Shown: positions 1 to 13,263, counted from the stretch's first letter. The stretch: 64,000 nucleotides of DNA from an uncultured cyanobacterium (GCA_963740315.1 CAVUDP010000002.1:1824001-1888000); one strand, 5' to 3'. The notes: generated by a model not told the origin, from the letters alone. Translations and numbers: made by a program.

Positions 1-469
1 CAAAATCAACTAAGTAAGCGTTGAATTTTTTATCGACTAAAATATTTTCAGGTTTAATATCGCGGTGAATAATTTGGGGTTTGCGCTGTTGCAAATAAAC
101 CAAAATTTCTAAAATAGATATGGCAATTTTCTTAACTTGTTTGGGGGTAAATTGCCTTTCAACTGCCAGAGATGGAGCATCTTTATATTCCTGTACTAAG
201 CCAAAACCGTGCGATGTTTCAAATGTTGTTAAGTAGCTCGGAATACGCGGATGATTTAACTGTTGCAATACTTCGATTTCCCGTTCGTAGGCTTTAAAAC
301 CCGACCAATCCGTATCTACATCTGCAAAGCGAAATTCTTTGATTACTACTCAATCTTTGGAACCTTCAACTTCAGCGAGGTGTGTAATGCGTCCCCCGAA
401 GCGATTTTTCCCTAATTCCTTGTTAATTTGATAGCCTAGATGTGAAAAATCTGTTTTTTGAATCGCCAT
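1..469 (-). CDS. Ser/Thr protein kinase, N-terminal part (runs off the window start)
   Basis: Not in the ORF track. Manual translation from ATG 469 gives MAIQKTDFSHLGYQINKELG...VVIKEF...EREIEVLQQLNHPRIP...IIHRDIKPENILVD...LVDF(G), i.e. Hanks-type VAIK-like, HRDIKPEN and DFG motifs; GGAG upstream. Confidence 0.92.
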
Positions 470-689
470 CGTTATCTCCACGCGCAATTATTGCAACTCG
501 ATTCCTGATAATACGCAGGTATTACAGATTAATTTTACATAGAAAAAATCAGGGCGTTGTAAATTTGTACAATATCTTATTCTTATCTTTAAACTTAACT
601 GTGCCAATAGTATGCGAATCGAGGAAATATTGCTACTGTATTTTTCTATAAATTATTGAGATACTTTACAAAAATTAAATTTACTTAAT

Positions 690-1691
690 CTACCGCGAAA
701 AATTAGGCTCCACAACTTCGGGAAAACTATCAAAATTTCGCCGCACCCAATCCATACCGACTTCGTTATTTAATTTGATATGTTGGGGGCTATTCGGATA
801 AATTTTTCCTAAAATATCGGCATCTTGTTCGATAACTACTTCTACAAGTTTTAGTAAATTCCGTTTAATTAAATGAGCTACTGGTGAATGCGCTTTGACA
901 AACATCAAAATAAAAACGCGGGATTGATTTGAGGATTCTGGTACATAAAAATGACATTCTTTAATGCTTAAAATTGGACTTTCGCCGTGCATAACTGCCA
1001 TAAATGGGAAAAAATTCTCTAAATGCGCTTCTAAGACTTTCGGCATTGCTAAAAGCGCCGGATTTTTTAAAATATCGCGAGTTGTCGGTTTTTTTCGAGG
1101 TTGAGCAATATAAGCGTGAGAGTGAAATCCATCATCGATAAACTGCTTTAACTGCACTTCCTCAATTTCAAATAACTCGCGATGGGTACCATTTTGATGG
1201 TTGTAATCGTGCATATTTAGGAGAAGCGCTAAAAAATCAGTTTCAATAGTGCGATCGCAACTTTTACCGATAAATTCGTAATTTGCTGCAATCTCATTCA
1301 TAATCGTTGGAATCGGAATTTCGGCTTCGTAACCGCCATAACTCCAAATAAAATCTCCTTGAACGATCAATTCTAATGGTTGTAGAAGTGATTTAGTTGA
1401 CTTATCCGATCCGGGTAATACCGTACAGCCAGCGCCATCAAATTCCAACGCATGAAACGGACAAACCACCGCACTACTACCGTCAGGCTTAGTTACGCAC
1501 CAACCTTCTGATAGCATTGCACCCATATGAGGGCAGGCATTAGGCAAGCAACTTATTTTACCGTTGCTATCTTGCCAAAGTACGTAGTCGTTACCATAAA
1601 GAGAAACTTTCCGAGGCTGATTTGGCTTAAACATCGAACGATGTGCTAATAACCACGGTGCGCCTTTTAACATAGTTCTAAAAATTTTCAA
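690..1691 (-). CDS. Rieske [2Fe-2S] non-heme iron oxygenase (VanA/CAO-like alpha subunit)
   Basis: CPHMG...CPFH Rieske ligands; DxxH...H mononuclear iron motif (HDYNHQNGTH) and C-terminal EQD. Confidence 0.85.
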   Translation of the reverse strand: MKIFRTMLKGAPWLLAHRSMFKPNQPRKVSLYGNDYVLWQDSNGKISCLPNACPHMGAMLSEGWCVTKPDGSSAVVCPFHALEFDGAGCTVLPGSDKSTKSLLQPLELIVQGDFIWSYGGYEAEIPIPTIMNEIAANYEFIGKSCDRTIETDFLALLLNMHDYNHQNGTHRELFEIEEVQLKQFIDDGFHSHAYIAQPRKKPTTRDILKNPALLAMPKVLEAHLENFFPFMAVMHGESPILSIKECHFYVPESSNQSRVFILMFVKAHSPVAHLIKRNLLKLVEVVIEQDADILGKIYPNSPQHIKLNNEVGMDWVRRNFDSFPEVVEPNFSR

Positions 1692-1744
1692 CTAACAGAT
1701 TTATGAAATAAGTTTAGTATCTATTAATTAAAACTGTCTCGCGC

Positions 1745-1773
1745 AATCTTCCGAAAAATAGCAAAATCTTCCG
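1745..1773 (-). promoter_or_regulatory. Candidate AraC-family operator (direct repeat CGGAAGATT, 20-bp period) upstream of the Rieske gene
   Basis: AATCTTCCG at 1745-1753 and 1765-1773, between the AraC stop codon and the oxygenase start. AraC-family regulators typically bind direct repeats about two helical turns apart. Confidence 0.5.
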
Positions 1774-1780
1774 TTTAATT

Positions 1781-2674
1781 TCAAAGCGCTTGTTTAAACT
1801 TTCTCGGAGTTATACCAACGTATTTACAAAAAACCTTTGCAAAATGACTTTGACTTTTAAATCCTACAAGCTCGGAAATTTGTGTAACTGATAATTCACG
1901 AGAAGCGAGGAGAGATTTTGCTTTTTCTATTCGACATTTAGTTATATATTGATGGGGTGCGATTCCAATTGATTGTTTAAATAAGGTGGCAAAATAATGA
2001 GGACTCATTTGTGCTATCTGACTCATTTGAGCAAGAGACAAATTTTCGTCTAAATTATCGTTGATATAATCGGTAATTTCTTTTAATTTATATTTTGGTA
2101 ATCCGTCGGCATATTCTTTGACAATAACTTTTCGCGTCGAATAGCGTTTTAATAAATGTACCGCGAGCATATTAGCTGCTGATTCTATATATAGACGACT
2201 ATCAGAGATACTTATTTGTATTTCTCTTTTGATTGCCAATCCAATTTGTTTAATTAAAGGGTCGTAAGTTTTTATTTGCTGTATAATTTCAATGCTATTA
2301 ATATCAATTGATTCATCAACGGCGCTAATTAAAAAATCCGGTTCAAAACTTAATATAATAAATTCATTATCTTGCTCAAACTCTGCTGCTGGCGAAGTTT
2401 GATAAGCCGGGAATATCCCTACATCATCTTCCCCGTAATATTGACGCTGCCAATATTTATTAATCTTAAAATTTGCATGGAAGTTTTTAGGAGAAATACC
2501 AATAATATGTTGACAAGATAAAGTTTCAGGTACTTTATAATTTAATTGTCGATGATAGTTAAAATAAAAGCCATTCCACAGAATCGGGCTTGAAAAAATC
2601 AACGGTTTAGGTAAAATTTGTTTTAATTTATTTGGTTGAGCGGCATTTATTTTTAACGGTTGTTCTGTTTCCAT
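1781..2674 (-). CDS. AraC-family transcriptional regulator
   Basis: C-terminal double HTH (LSLAQMSQIAQMSPHYFATLFKQSIG...VGFKSQSHFAKVF...GITP). Confidence 0.93.
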   Translation of the reverse strand: METEQPLKINAAQPNKLKQILPKPLIFSSPILWNGFYFNYHRQLNYKVPETLSCQHIIGISPKNFHANFKINKYWQRQYYGEDDVGIFPAYQTSPAAEFEQDNEFIILSFEPDFLISAVDESIDINSIEIIQQIKTYDPLIKQIGLAIKREIQISISDSRLYIESAANMLAVHLLKRYSTRKVIVKEYADGLPKYKLKEITDYINDNLDENLSLAQMSQIAQMSPHYFATLFKQSIGIAPHQYITKCRIEKAKSLLASRELSVTQISELVGFKSQSHFAKVFCKYVGITPRKFKQAL

Positions 2675-2886
2675 TGCTATGTAAGCCCTGAATGTATGTC
2701 TTTATATATAATAAGTTTTTCATAAAAAAACGAGCAAGATACCCGTTTCAGAATATTTATTACTCGCATTCTTACTCTTTTTTCTCCCCAATTTTAATTA
2801 AGCCGCGATCGCAACAAAAATAAAGTTTGTGTAGACTGGCGTTTTCGTACAGAAGAAGCTAGCAATAAGCTATCGAAGATTTATCC

Positions 2887-3164
2887 AGCCCCTCATAACT
2901 TATGTAGCTCCGTACTACTAATTAATTGCATTAACTTTAACGGGTAACAAAGGTTCGTAGTAAGAGTTTTAACTCTTATTCTGACGATTAAAATCCTCGC
3001 ATGGAAGGGCTTAAGCCCTTACTACAAACCTGTCAAAATTAATGTAGCTCCGTACTACTAATTAATTGCATTAATTTTTACGGGTTGTAGAGACGTAGCA
3101 CAGAATAGTCTCCCGACATTTACAATAAAACGAACCCCTCAAAATTAATGTGGCGGAATACTAC
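2887..3164. repeat. Tandem MITE-like units with GTAG-type REP cargo
   Basis: Exact 33-bp direct repeat ATGTAGCTCCGTACTACTAATTAATTGCATTAA at 2902 and 3042; internal palindrome GGTTCGTAGTAAG...CTTACTACAAACC; same family as 13355-13670 and 49620-49873. Confidence 0.7.
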
Positions 3165-4312
3165 TGATTTACTATGTATTGTGATTCCATCGGTTCGACT
3201 TTACCTATTTTGACTAAAGCTTGGTAAACCATTGTCGCTACCTCTGCGCGTGTAGCTTCTTCATTAGGTCGGAAAAAACTACGGTCTGGATGATTCACAA
3301 TCAACCCGTTAGCTGTAGCAATAGCTACATTCTCTCTTGCCCATGCGGGAATTTGGTCGGCATCTTTGTAGACGCTTAGAACCTGATCTTGAGAAACAGG
3401 AGTTTTTAAAGTTTTATCAAGTCCGCTAACTAGGGCTACTATAACTTCTACTCGCGGAATCCTTTTTTCCGGTCTAAACAAATTCGCGTTATAGCCTTTC
3501 ATGAATTTTTTATCAACAGCATCGTTAATTTGCTTTTGTGCCCAAAAATCAGCTGGTACATCCGCAAAGTCTCTTTCACTATTGGTAAGATCGGTTTCAA
3601 ATCCTTTGTCAATTATCGCAGCAAACTCGGCACGGGTTACAGGTTGTTGCGGTCTATAGGTATTGTTTTCGTAGCCTTCGATAATTTTCCGGGATGAAAG
3701 TTTGTCCACAAAAGGCTTAGCCCAAAAATTAGCTGGTACATCCGCAAAATCTTTCGGTGGCGGAATTGTAGGTGGTTTTGTGGCTGTAGCTTCTGGGGTA
3801 GGTGTTTGGGTTGGAGTTGCTGTCTGTGTTGGAGTTGGCTTATCAACTATTACTGGCACGATCGGTTTAAGGTTAGCTTCATCTCGATTAACTGGGGCTT
3901 GGTTGGAGGTATCGCCAGTTACCTTGTCTAGATCCCGTGGTAATTCTCTTCGTGGCGGTACTAAAAATGGTGGTATTACCGCGTTATCTGTTCTCCTCTC
4001 TTGCAAAACTAGATCTCTCCGCCGGGTTGGTTCAGCCTCTCTAACTGGTTGACGATACTTAAGATTATTATTTGGTTCTGGGGAAGGAACCAATAACTTA
4101 GTCAAATTATCATCTCTATTCGATTGAAGGGTGTCAGCTACGGGAGCTTTTGGCAACAAGTTACCGAAGTTCCAGTTAGAATCTTTTCGGGAAAGCGACC
4201 AAAAAAGAATTGAACCGATAGTTAAAAAAGCAACTAGTATGCCGATAAAATCGTCAAAACCCAATTCATCGTTTGAAGATGACTCAGGATTGGAAGGGGG
4301 TTGATTAGTCAT
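3161..4312 (-). CDS. S-layer homology (SLH) domain protein with N-terminal TM anchor and Pro/Thr linker
   Basis: Three SLH repeats (FADVPANFWA...TRAEFA; FADVPADFWA; YKDADQIPAWA...TRAEVA); hydrophobic segment near the N-terminus. Confidence 0.9.
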   Translation of the reverse strand: MTNQPPSNPESSSNDELGFDDFIGILVAFLTIGSILFWSLSRKDSNWNFGNLLPKAPVADTLQSNRDDNLTKLLVPSPEPNNNLKYRQPVREAEPTRRRDLVLQERRTDNAVIPPFLVPPRRELPRDLDKVTGDTSNQAPVNRDEANLKPIVPVIVDKPTPTQTATPTQTPTPEATATKPPTIPPPKDFADVPANFWAKPFVDKLSSRKIIEGYENNTYRPQQPVTRAEFAAIIDKGFETDLTNSERDFADVPADFWAQKQINDAVDKKFMKGYNANLFRPEKRIPRVEVIVALVSGLDKTLKTPVSQDQVLSVYKDADQIPAWARENVAIATANGLIVNHPDRSFFRPNEEATRAEVATMVYQALVKIGKVEPMESQYIVNQ

Positions 4313-4420
4313 CGCTATAATTATCCTGCTGGTATTAAAATTAGCATCTAACAGAATTAAGCCATAGACTATCCCCTTACAGTACTTTTTTCAAGACAAT
4401 TATTATTTTTTGTAATTAGA

Positions 4421-4668
4421 CATTGGTAATTGGGCGTTGGGAATTGGGAGAGGGGTAGAGGGGGTAGAGGGGACAAGGGGATGGGGGGACAAGGGGATGG
4501 GGGGACAAGGGGATGGGGGGACAAGGGGAAAATATTAACTCCTCACTCCTAACTCCTAATTCCTAACTCCTAACTCCTCACTCCTAACTCCTAATTCCTA
4601 ACTCCTAATTCCTAATTCCTAACTCCTAATTCCTAATTCCTAACTCCTAACTCCTAACTCCTAACTCT
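4421..4668. repeat. STRR-type short tandem repeats (GGGGACAAGGGGATGG units and (CTCCTAA)n)
   Basis: Directly visible tandem 16-mers and heptamers, typical of Nostocales intergenic DNA. Confidence 0.9.
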
Positions 4669-4669
4669 T

Positions 4670-5986
4670 CTAAAGCACTCGTAACAAACTAGGAATGCGA
4701 TCGATTGCTTCTAGGTTGCGAATTTCATCTAAGGCTTTGTGAAAATTATCTTCGGTAACATCATGGGTAACTACTACGATTTCAGCTAATTTTTCTTGGA
4801 AACCAGTCTGGACAATTGATTCTAAACTGACTCCGCATTTGCCGAAGCAAGTACCCAATTTCCCGATTACTCCCGGTTGATCTTTTGTCAGGAAACGCGC
4901 ATAAAATCTTGTAACAAGTTCGGATGCTGGAGCTAATTGACAATATTCTTGATGGAAACTAGCTAGCAATGGGTCTAAATTAGAAATTTTATATTTTGAA
5001 TTTTTCTGATTTGATTCAGGTAAACTTATAAGTTGAGAAACAAGATTTAAAATATCTGATGATACTGCTGAAGCTGTAGCACCCGCACCCGCACCAGGTC
5101 CGAAAAACATTACTTGTCCGATGGGTTCACCTTCTACAAAAATGGCATTATTTACGCCGTTAATACTCGCTAAGGGATGCCCCAAAGGTACTAAAGTCGG
5201 ATGAACTCTCACCGAAAGCGACGATCGATTAACTTTTTTAGCGATCGCCAACAGTTTAATTACAAATCCCAACTTCTGAGCATAGGCAATATCAGTTCCA
5301 CCGATCTGCCGAATACCTTCACAATACACATCTTCCCTGTTAATGGCTCCATTAAAAGCTATAGATGCTAAAATGGCGATTTTATCGGCAGAGTCTAAAC
5401 CTTCTACATCGGCAGTGGGATCTGCTTCTGCATAACCCAAGCTTTGTGCATCAGCTAATACATCATCGAAGCTACTGCCTTCGTTCTGCATCCGCGTCAA
5501 AATGTAGTTAGTTGTACCGTTGATAATACCAGTAACGGCTTGAATTCTATTAACGCTTAAAGATTGCTTTAACGGTTGAATTACCGGGATTCCACCACCT
5601 ACAGATGCTTCAACCATTACATACACTCCTGCTTGATTGGCAGCTGTATATAATTCATTGCCAAAGCGAGAAATTGCGGCTTTATTGGCAGTAACAACGT
5701 GCTTACCGTTGCGGATGGCTTTGAGCATTAACTCTCGCGCTGGTTCCAATCCACCCATCACTTCTACCACAATATCTATCTGGGGATCGTTGACAATCGC
5801 CTCTAAATCTGTAGTAATAACCCCTTTTGGTAAATCTACCCCACGAGGCTTATCTAGCGATCGCACTCCGACGCGATATATTTCGATTTCTTCTAATAAA
5901 GGATGGCGACTATCGCTATCTAATAACAACTGCACTGTACCGCAGCCGACAGTACCTAATCCCAAGATTCCCAGTTTAAAACCCAC
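4670..5986 (-). CDS. hom: Homoserine dehydrogenase with C-terminal ACT domain
   Basis: GLGTVG Rossmann motif, VVTANKA, EASVGGGIP, GYAEADPTADVEG, ACT (DQPGVIG). GTG 5986 chosen as the likely start. Confidence 0.95.
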   Translation of the reverse strand: MGFKLGILGLGTVGCGTVQLLLDSDSRHPLLEEIEIYRVGVRSLDKPRGVDLPKGVITTDLEAIVNDPQIDIVVEVMGGLEPARELMLKAIRNGKHVVTANKAAISRFGNELYTAANQAGVYVMVEASVGGGIPVIQPLKQSLSVNRIQAVTGIINGTTNYILTRMQNEGSSFDDVLADAQSLGYAEADPTADVEGLDSADKIAILASIAFNGAINREDVYCEGIRQIGGTDIAYAQKLGFVIKLLAIAKKVNRSSLSVRVHPTLVPLGHPLASINGVNNAIFVEGEPIGQVMFFGPGAGAGATASAVSSDILNLVSQLISLPESNQKNSKYKISNLDPLLASFHQEYCQLAPASELVTRFYARFLTKDQPGVIGKLGTCFGKCGVSLESIVQTGFQEKLAEIVVVTHDVTEDNFHKALDEIRNLEAIDRIPSLLRVL

Positions 5987-6097
5987 CTTATTTGCACCCA
6001 ACTCCACTAAAAATAATATAGGTAGGGCAATATACCCTACCTAATAATGGTTTGTCAAAAGTCAGCAGTCAATCTATACAATGACTAACAACTTTTA

Positions 6098-7396
<1,299 letters not shown>

Positions 7397-8584
7397 TTAC
7401 TTAACCCTTCTAAAAAAATCTTTCCCAAAGGGCACGATGACTTAGTTTACCGAATTTCGGTATACCAAATGCAACTGCAAGATGGAAAACATTGGCATAA
7501 ATATAGCCATTAGTTCTACTGCTTACACTCTCACCTTAGTTGGCTGCGGGTTAGTTAAAGACACACCTGTTCACCTTAATAGGGTAGATGATAAGTTATT
7601 CGCAGAATGTTAATAATGAGTCAATTTAATTTTTTATTTTTCAATTTCGACCTCCTGGGACGGCAAAGATTGCTTGCCGAAGCCAAGGTTACAATTTCTT
7701 GCTTGCGGGTGCAGGCATTAAAACAAGTTAACGATAGTGGTGTAGGAAAATTAACTAATAACCAACCCTCCCCTGTATTTAACCTCCACCTTGGGGTTTG
7801 ATAAACTATCACCGCCGAGGTCTATCAATATTATTGATAATAATTTATAAAAGGATAATATGTTCCAATAAACAATATTTCCGCTTATCTAAGTAATGTT
7901 ATTCACGCTTCTGAAAATTTGTATACAATAAAACAGTTCTTAACTAAACTTAACTAAATCGTTCGTAACGCTTATAACTACGATCTTTACTCGTTACAGC
8001 TGTTGCCATAGCGATACCAAAATGCAGCTATACTTCATCGGCAATTGAAGGTGATATAAGCAACTATAATCAATTTTACGTGATGTGAAACATCTGTCAA
8101 CCTGGTGTTGATGTTATTGCTAGCAGGGGTCGCGGGCGATCGGGCAAAAACCATGCCGTAGAGTGCGATCTTTTAATCAAAAAATGATACAATTGTATAT
8201 TAAAGAACAATTACAGGTTGGAAACGTGTAAATAGTAACAACAAATTTCAATTCATTAAGTGCAATAAATTTTTAACTATTTAATAAATATCCGTAATTC
8301 TAGAGAAGCTTAGATGCAGCTTATTGTTCGGGTGTAAAACTTGTGTAGGATACCTTGCTTCTGTTACAATCCTAAATATCGCTAGGATTAAATACTTACA
8401 GCAACGAATCTCGACTAACAAGGCGGGGATCAAGTAATAAAGTCATTACTTACCTTTTTCTTGTCGTATCTTGCTGCCGTGTAGCCTCAACGCAGGGTAA
8501 ACAATAGGTGACTCCTAACCTAGAATAAATCTGTGTAAAAAAATATTGATTCAGTCATCTTTAGAAACTAATTAGAGGGGATTT

Positions 8585-9589
8585 ATGACAAACAAGCAGA
8601 ATCGCATTGTAATGATTGGAGTTGCTGGAGACTCCGGATGCGGTAAATCTACGTTTTTGCGTCGCCTAATTGATTTATTCGGTGAAGAGTTTATGACAGT
8701 GATCTGTTTAGATGACTATCATAGTTTAGACCGCAAGCAGCGCAAAGAAACAGGTATAACGGCATTAAATCCAAGAGCGAATAATTTTGACTTGATGTAC
8801 GAGCAAATGAAAGCTCTTAAGGAAGGTCAAGCTATTGATAAACCCATTTACAATCATGAAACCGGCGAATTAGATCCCCCTGAAAAGATAGAGCCGAATG
8901 ATATTATTGTGATCGAAGGATTGCATCCTTTGTATGACGAACGAGTACGTTCTTTGCTTGATTTCAGCGTCTATTTAGATATTAGCGATGAAGTCAAGAT
9001 TGCTTGGAAAATCCAGCGCGACATGGAAGAAAGGGGTCATGCATACGAAGATGTATTGGCTGCAATCAATTCCCGTAAGCCAGATTTCCAAAACTATATT
9101 GAACCGCAAAGAGAACATGCGGATGTGGTTCTTCAAGTATTACCAACCAATCTGATTAAAGATGATAAAGAGCGTAAAGTACTGCGAGTACGGATGCTGC
9201 AACGGGAAGGTAAGGAAGGTTTCGATCCAGTTTATCTGTTTGATGAAGGTTCAACAATTCAGTGGACTCCTTGCGGACGTAAACTAACTTGTTCTTACCC
9301 CGGTATGCAAATGTACTACGGTTCTGATGTATACTACGGTCGCTATGTTTCCGTATTAGAAGTTGATGGTCAATTTGATAACCTCGATGAAGTAATTTAT
9401 ATCGAGACGCATTTGAGCAAAACATCTACGAAGTATCAGGGAGAGATGACTCATTTGCTACTACAGCACCGCGAGTATCCTGGTTCTAATAACGGAACGG
9501 GTTTATTCCAAGTATTAACAGGTTTAAAAATGCGTGCTGCTTACGAACGCTTAACAAAGACGGAAGCGAAAATGGCTGTAGAAGTTTAG
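8585..9589 (+). CDS. prk: Phosphoribulokinase
   Basis: GVAGDSGCGKST P-loop, LDDYHSLDR, EGLHP; divergent from petH as in other cyanobacteria. Confidence 0.97.
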   Translation: MTNKQNRIVMIGVAGDSGCGKSTFLRRLIDLFGEEFMTVICLDDYHSLDRKQRKETGITALNPRANNFDLMYEQMKALKEGQAIDKPIYNHETGELDPPEKIEPNDIIVIEGLHPLYDERVRSLLDFSVYLDISDEVKIAWKIQRDMEERGHAYEDVLAAINSRKPDFQNYIEPQREHADVVLQVLPTNLIKDDKERKVLRVRMLQREGKEGFDPVYLFDEGSTIQWTPCGRKLTCSYPGMQMYYGSDVYYGRYVSVLEVDGQFDNLDEVIYIETHLSKTSTKYQGEMTHLLLQHREYPGSNNGTGLFQVLTGLKMRAAYERLTKTEAKMAVEV

Positions 9590-9642
9590 TAGTCGCTGTA
9601 TAGGCTTAAAGCTTTTTTGAAAACCGCGATCTTTATTTTTTG

Positions 9643-9669
9643 GGGCATCGATGTGGTGCCCTTTTTTTT
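9643..9669 (+). terminator. Rho-independent terminator after prk
   Basis: GGGCATC-loop-GGTGCCC stem followed by T8. Confidence 0.75.
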
Positions 9670-9952
9670 ATTTTTGAAAAAACTGAGTATTTTTTCTATA
9701 CCTTATTTGCCCAACCCGTTCTCAACCAGTAATTTTATTTATCAAATGGTATTCCTATAGTAAAATATGTTTCTAAAAATTAAGTAGTAAATAAAGCATT
9801 TATTTTCAATTAAATTATGATAACTCTTGATTTTTAAAAAGTTAATTGTAATACTCATTATTAACTGCAAAAATATTGATATGATTGCAGATTAAAGCGA
9901 CTTAATAAAATGATTAAATTAAGTCGAAATACTCTAATTGGAGGAATTCAAT

Positions 9953-11242
9953 TTGACTCGTCGCTATCTATTTACTTCCGAGTCAGTGACCGAGGGACAT
10001 CCAGATAAAATCTGCGACCAGATTTCCGATACTATTTTGGATGCTTTGCTCGAACAAGACCCTACAAGCCGCGTTGCTGCTGAAGTTGTGGTCAACACTG
10101 GCTTAGTGCTGATTACTGGCGAAATAACCAGTAAAGCGAATGTCAATTACATGAATCTCGCTAGAAAGAAAATAGCTGAGATTGGCTATACCGATGCTGT
10201 AAATGGTTTCTGTTCCAATAGCGCTTCGATTTTAGTAGCTTTGGACGAACAATCAGCGGATATCGCTCAAGGCGTTAACACCGCTCAAGAAAGCCGCGAA
10301 GATTCCAGCGAAGAACAATTCGATAAAATTGGTGCTGGGGATCAAGGTATTATGTTCGGCTTCGCTTGTGACGAAACTCCCGAATTAATGCCCTTGCCCA
10401 TCAGTCTTGCTCACCGTATTGCTCGCCGACTCGCAGCAGTTCGCAAAACAGGAGAATTGCCTTATCTGCGTCCAGATGGCAAAACTCAGGTAAGTATTGC
10501 CTACGAAGATGGAAAACCTGTGGGTATTGACACCATCCTGATTTCCACCCAGCACGCGCCTAACATTGGTGATATTACCGATGAAGCAGGGGTGCAGGCA
10601 AAAATCAAACAAGATTTGTGGACTTGTGTCGTTGAACCTTTGTTCGGGGACATTGAAATTAAGCCGGACGAGCAAACCCGCTTTTTAGTTAACCCCACCG
10701 GCAAATTTGTAATTGGCGGACCTCAAGGAGACTCAGGTCTTACCGGACGCAAAATTATTGTCGATACCTACGGCGGTTATTCCCGACACGGTGGCGGAGC
10801 TTTTTCCGGAAAAGACCCCACAAAAGTGGACCGTAGCGCCGCTTACGCTTGTCGTTATGTAGCGAAAAACATCGTTGCTGCTGGTTTAGCAGAAAAATGT
10901 GAAGTTCAGCTTAGTTATGCAATTGGTGTAGCAAGACCAGTAAGCATAATGATAGAAACCTTTGGTACGGGTAAAGTTGACGAGCAAACTTTGTTGCAAT
11001 TAGTTCAAAAGCATTTTGAATTGCGTCCGGCAGGTATTATTCATACCTTCAACTTACGTAAATTGCCAAATGAACGAGGCGGACGTTTTTACCAGGACAT
11101 CGCGGCTTACGGTCATTTTGGACGTAGTGATTTAGACTTACCTTGGGAGCGTACCGATAAAGCTCAATTGTTGAAGCAAGAGGTAGGCGAATTAAATTCG
11201 GCAGCAATACCAAATTCTACTAAAGCTTTGAGTCTTTCCTAA
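9953..11242 (+). CDS. metK: S-adenosylmethionine synthetase
   Basis: [38 protein letters not shown] 9953 lies behind a GGAGG RBS. Confidence 0.97.
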   Translation: MTRRYLFTSESVTEGHPDKICDQISDTILDALLEQDPTSRVAAEVVVNTGLVLITGEITSKANVNYMNLARKKIAEIGYTDAVNGFCSNSASILVALDEQSADIAQGVNTAQESREDSSEEQFDKIGAGDQGIMFGFACDETPELMPLPISLAHRIARRLAAVRKTGELPYLRPDGKTQVSIAYEDGKPVGIDTILISTQHAPNIGDITDEAGVQAKIKQDLWTCVVEPLFGDIEIKPDEQTRFLVNPTGKFVIGGPQGDSGLTGRKIIVDTYGGYSRHGGGAFSGKDPTKVDRSAAYACRYVAKNIVAAGLAEKCEVQLSYAIGVARPVSIMIETFGTGKVDEQTLLQLVQKHFELRPAGIIHTFNLRKLPNERGGRFYQDIAAYGHFGRSDLDLPWERTDKAQLLKQEVGELNSAAIPNSTKALSLS

Positions 11243-11302
11243 AAGAAGGTTGCCCCGTTTTTCGTGGACGGGTAGCACTCTTCCGATCTTTAAAAATCGC
11301 AG

Positions 11303-11345
11303 AAAGTGAGGAGCAAACTTTGGTTTGTAATTCCTCACTTTTTTT
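11303..11345 (+). terminator. Rho-independent terminator after metK
   Basis: AAAGTGAGGA...TTCCTCACTTT hairpin plus T tract. Confidence 0.7.
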
Positions 11346-11544
11346 GGTATAAGGATCAAAAATTGTTAAGTTTTTACATTAAAATCACTTAAATATCATA
11401 AAGCTCGTGCAAAGTACCTAGCTATTAAGCTTTTGTAACTGTTATAAAGGAAGATGACAATCGATATTGACTACTATATTGATTTAAATTCACCGCCTTG
11501 AGTAATGTATAAATTATGGCGGGAGGGGTAAGGAGATTTGAGGG

Positions 11545-13263
11545 ATGCGAACCCAAAAGCCAACCGCAGATAACAGCAGTTCAGAAAGTAAAGAAGTGTC
11601 AGACGAACAGCCCTCACATGATGAACTGCCTACTTTAGAATTTCCTTCAAGCGGGAAACTTAAAGCTAGTTCTAGGCGTATCCATCAAAAAATTGGTTGC
11701 GGATATTTTGCGGCGATTGGGATTGGTTTTTTCGGTTCGCTGGTTGGATTAGTAATTGCCAACTATTTCCGTGGGCGAGAAGTCAGACAGTTTAAGCACG
11801 CTCAATATCAAACACAAATGCTAGCAGATTATAAAGATGCTTTGCAAGAAGTACAATTACACAGCTATAGTTTGGCTGCGGTAGTTAAACAACCACTTCT
11901 TCTTTCTCGTAAAAAAGCAGAGTATCTTGAAAGTATCTATGAAGTTGAAAATGTCGAAGCTAGTATTGCAAAATTTATTAGCGACAAACCTGGGAGATTA
12001 GCAGCTACAGAAGCAAATCTTCAGGCATTATTGCGAGATTACCAGATTAGCTTAGAGAGTTACACCCAGCAACTAAACTCTATTTTAGAGCAAGTAGATA
12101 ACCTTTCCCAGCCTTCTCAACTTTCTAACACCCAACAGCAACTGCTGCAACTTACACGCTCTCAAACAGCTATCCGTTTGGAACAATTAGGTAAACGGCT
12201 AAATGATATTCTTCAAAGCGCCGAAGTACAAGAATTTAACAAAGCACAACAATTAGAATATTCAAAAGGAATCGAAAGAACAATCGTTATTGCCAGTATG
12301 CTGCTTTCAGTGGCGATCGCAGTTGTGGTGGCTTGGCGAACTTCCCGCGCTATAGCAGAACCTGTAATAGTTGTAACTCAAGTAGCCGAACAAGTAGCTC
12401 GAAAATCAAATTTCGATTTACGCGCTCCAGTTACAACCGAAGACGAAATTGGGCTATTAGCAATATCACTGAATAGATTAATTGAGCGAGTATCGCAAAG
12501 AACCAAAGAATTAGAACAAGCCAAAGAATTAGCAGAAGCCGCAAGTAAAGCAAAAAGCCAATTTTTAGCAAACGTTAGCCACGAATTACGCACGCCTTTG
12601 AATGCGATAATTGGCTTAAGTCAACTTTTACAAGAAGACGCTACCGATTTAGGTGTCACCGGAGAATTTAATACCGATCTTGAAACAATTAATACAGCAG
12701 GCAAACATTTACTAGAATTAATTAACGACATCCTCGACTTATCTAAAATTGAAGCCGGGAAAATGACTCTTTACCCGGAAACATTTGAGGTGATATCGCT
12801 AATAAAAAATCTCGTTCTTACCATCAAGCCAACCATCGAGAAAAATGGCAGCATATTAGACATTGATTGCGATGCAGAACTCGGTACCATGTATGCTGAC
12901 CAAACAAGAGTACGACAGATACTGTTAAATTTGTTAAGCAATGCCGCTAAATTTACTAAAGATGGTAAAATTACGCTAAGAATTAGACGGCAAAAAGATG
13001 CGATCGCGAGCATGACTGGTGAAATAATTACCTTTATGGTTAAAGACACCGGCATTGGAATGTCCGAGCCTCAATTAAAACAGCTATTTCAACCATTTAC
13101 ACAAGGCGATGCTTCTACCACCAAAAAGTATGGTGGAACCGGATTAGGATTAGCGATTACTCGGCATTTTTGCCAAATGATGGGTGGTGATATTCAAGTC
13201 GAAAGTGAGTCGGGAGTTGGTTCTACTTTTACCGTTCAGTTACCAGTTATCAGTTATCAGTAA
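11545..13263 (+). CDS. Membrane sensor histidine kinase (2 TM, HAMP, HisKA, HATPase)
   Basis: [10 protein letters not shown]-box, [26 protein letters not shown] motif DEIGLLA. Confidence 0.93.
   Translation: MRTQKPTADNSSSESKEVSDEQPSHDELPTLEFPSSGKLKASSRRIHQKIGCGYFAAIGIGFFGSLVGLVIANYFRGREVRQFKHAQYQTQMLADYKDALQEVQLHSYSLAAVVKQPLLLSRKKAEYLESIYEVENVEASIAKFISDKPGRLAATEANLQALLRDYQISLESYTQQLNSILEQVDNLSQPSQLSNTQQQLLQLTRSQTAIRLEQLGKRLNDILQSAEVQEFNKAQQLEYSKGIERTIVIASMLLSVAIAVVVAWRTSRAIAEPVIVVTQVAEQVARKSNFDLRAPVTTEDEIGLLAISLNRLIERVSQRTKELEQAKELAEAASKAKSQFLANVSHELRTPLNAIIGLSQLLQEDATDLGVTGEFNTDLETINTAGKHLLELINDILDLSKIEAGKMTLYPETFEVISLIKNLVLTIKPTIEKNGSILDIDCDAELGTMYADQTRVRQILLNLLSNAAKFTKDGKITLRIRRQKDAIASMTGEIITFMVKDTGIGMSEPQLKQLFQPFTQGDASTTKKYGGTGLGLAITRHFCQMMGGDIQVESESGVGSTFTVQLPVISYQ

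Noticed and set aside
442..651. 69-aa plus-strand ORF
   Set aside because: Overlaps the start and promoter of the minus-strand kinase; no coding features.
2902..3074. Possible mini-CRISPR (33-bp exact repeat twice)
   Set aside because: Only two copies, the 107-bp spacer is itself a REP palindrome, and no cas genes are present; better explained as MITE junctions.
9670..9950. SAM riboswitch upstream of metK
   Set aside because: The region is very AT-rich and I could not find SAM-I or SAM-II consensus elements by eye.
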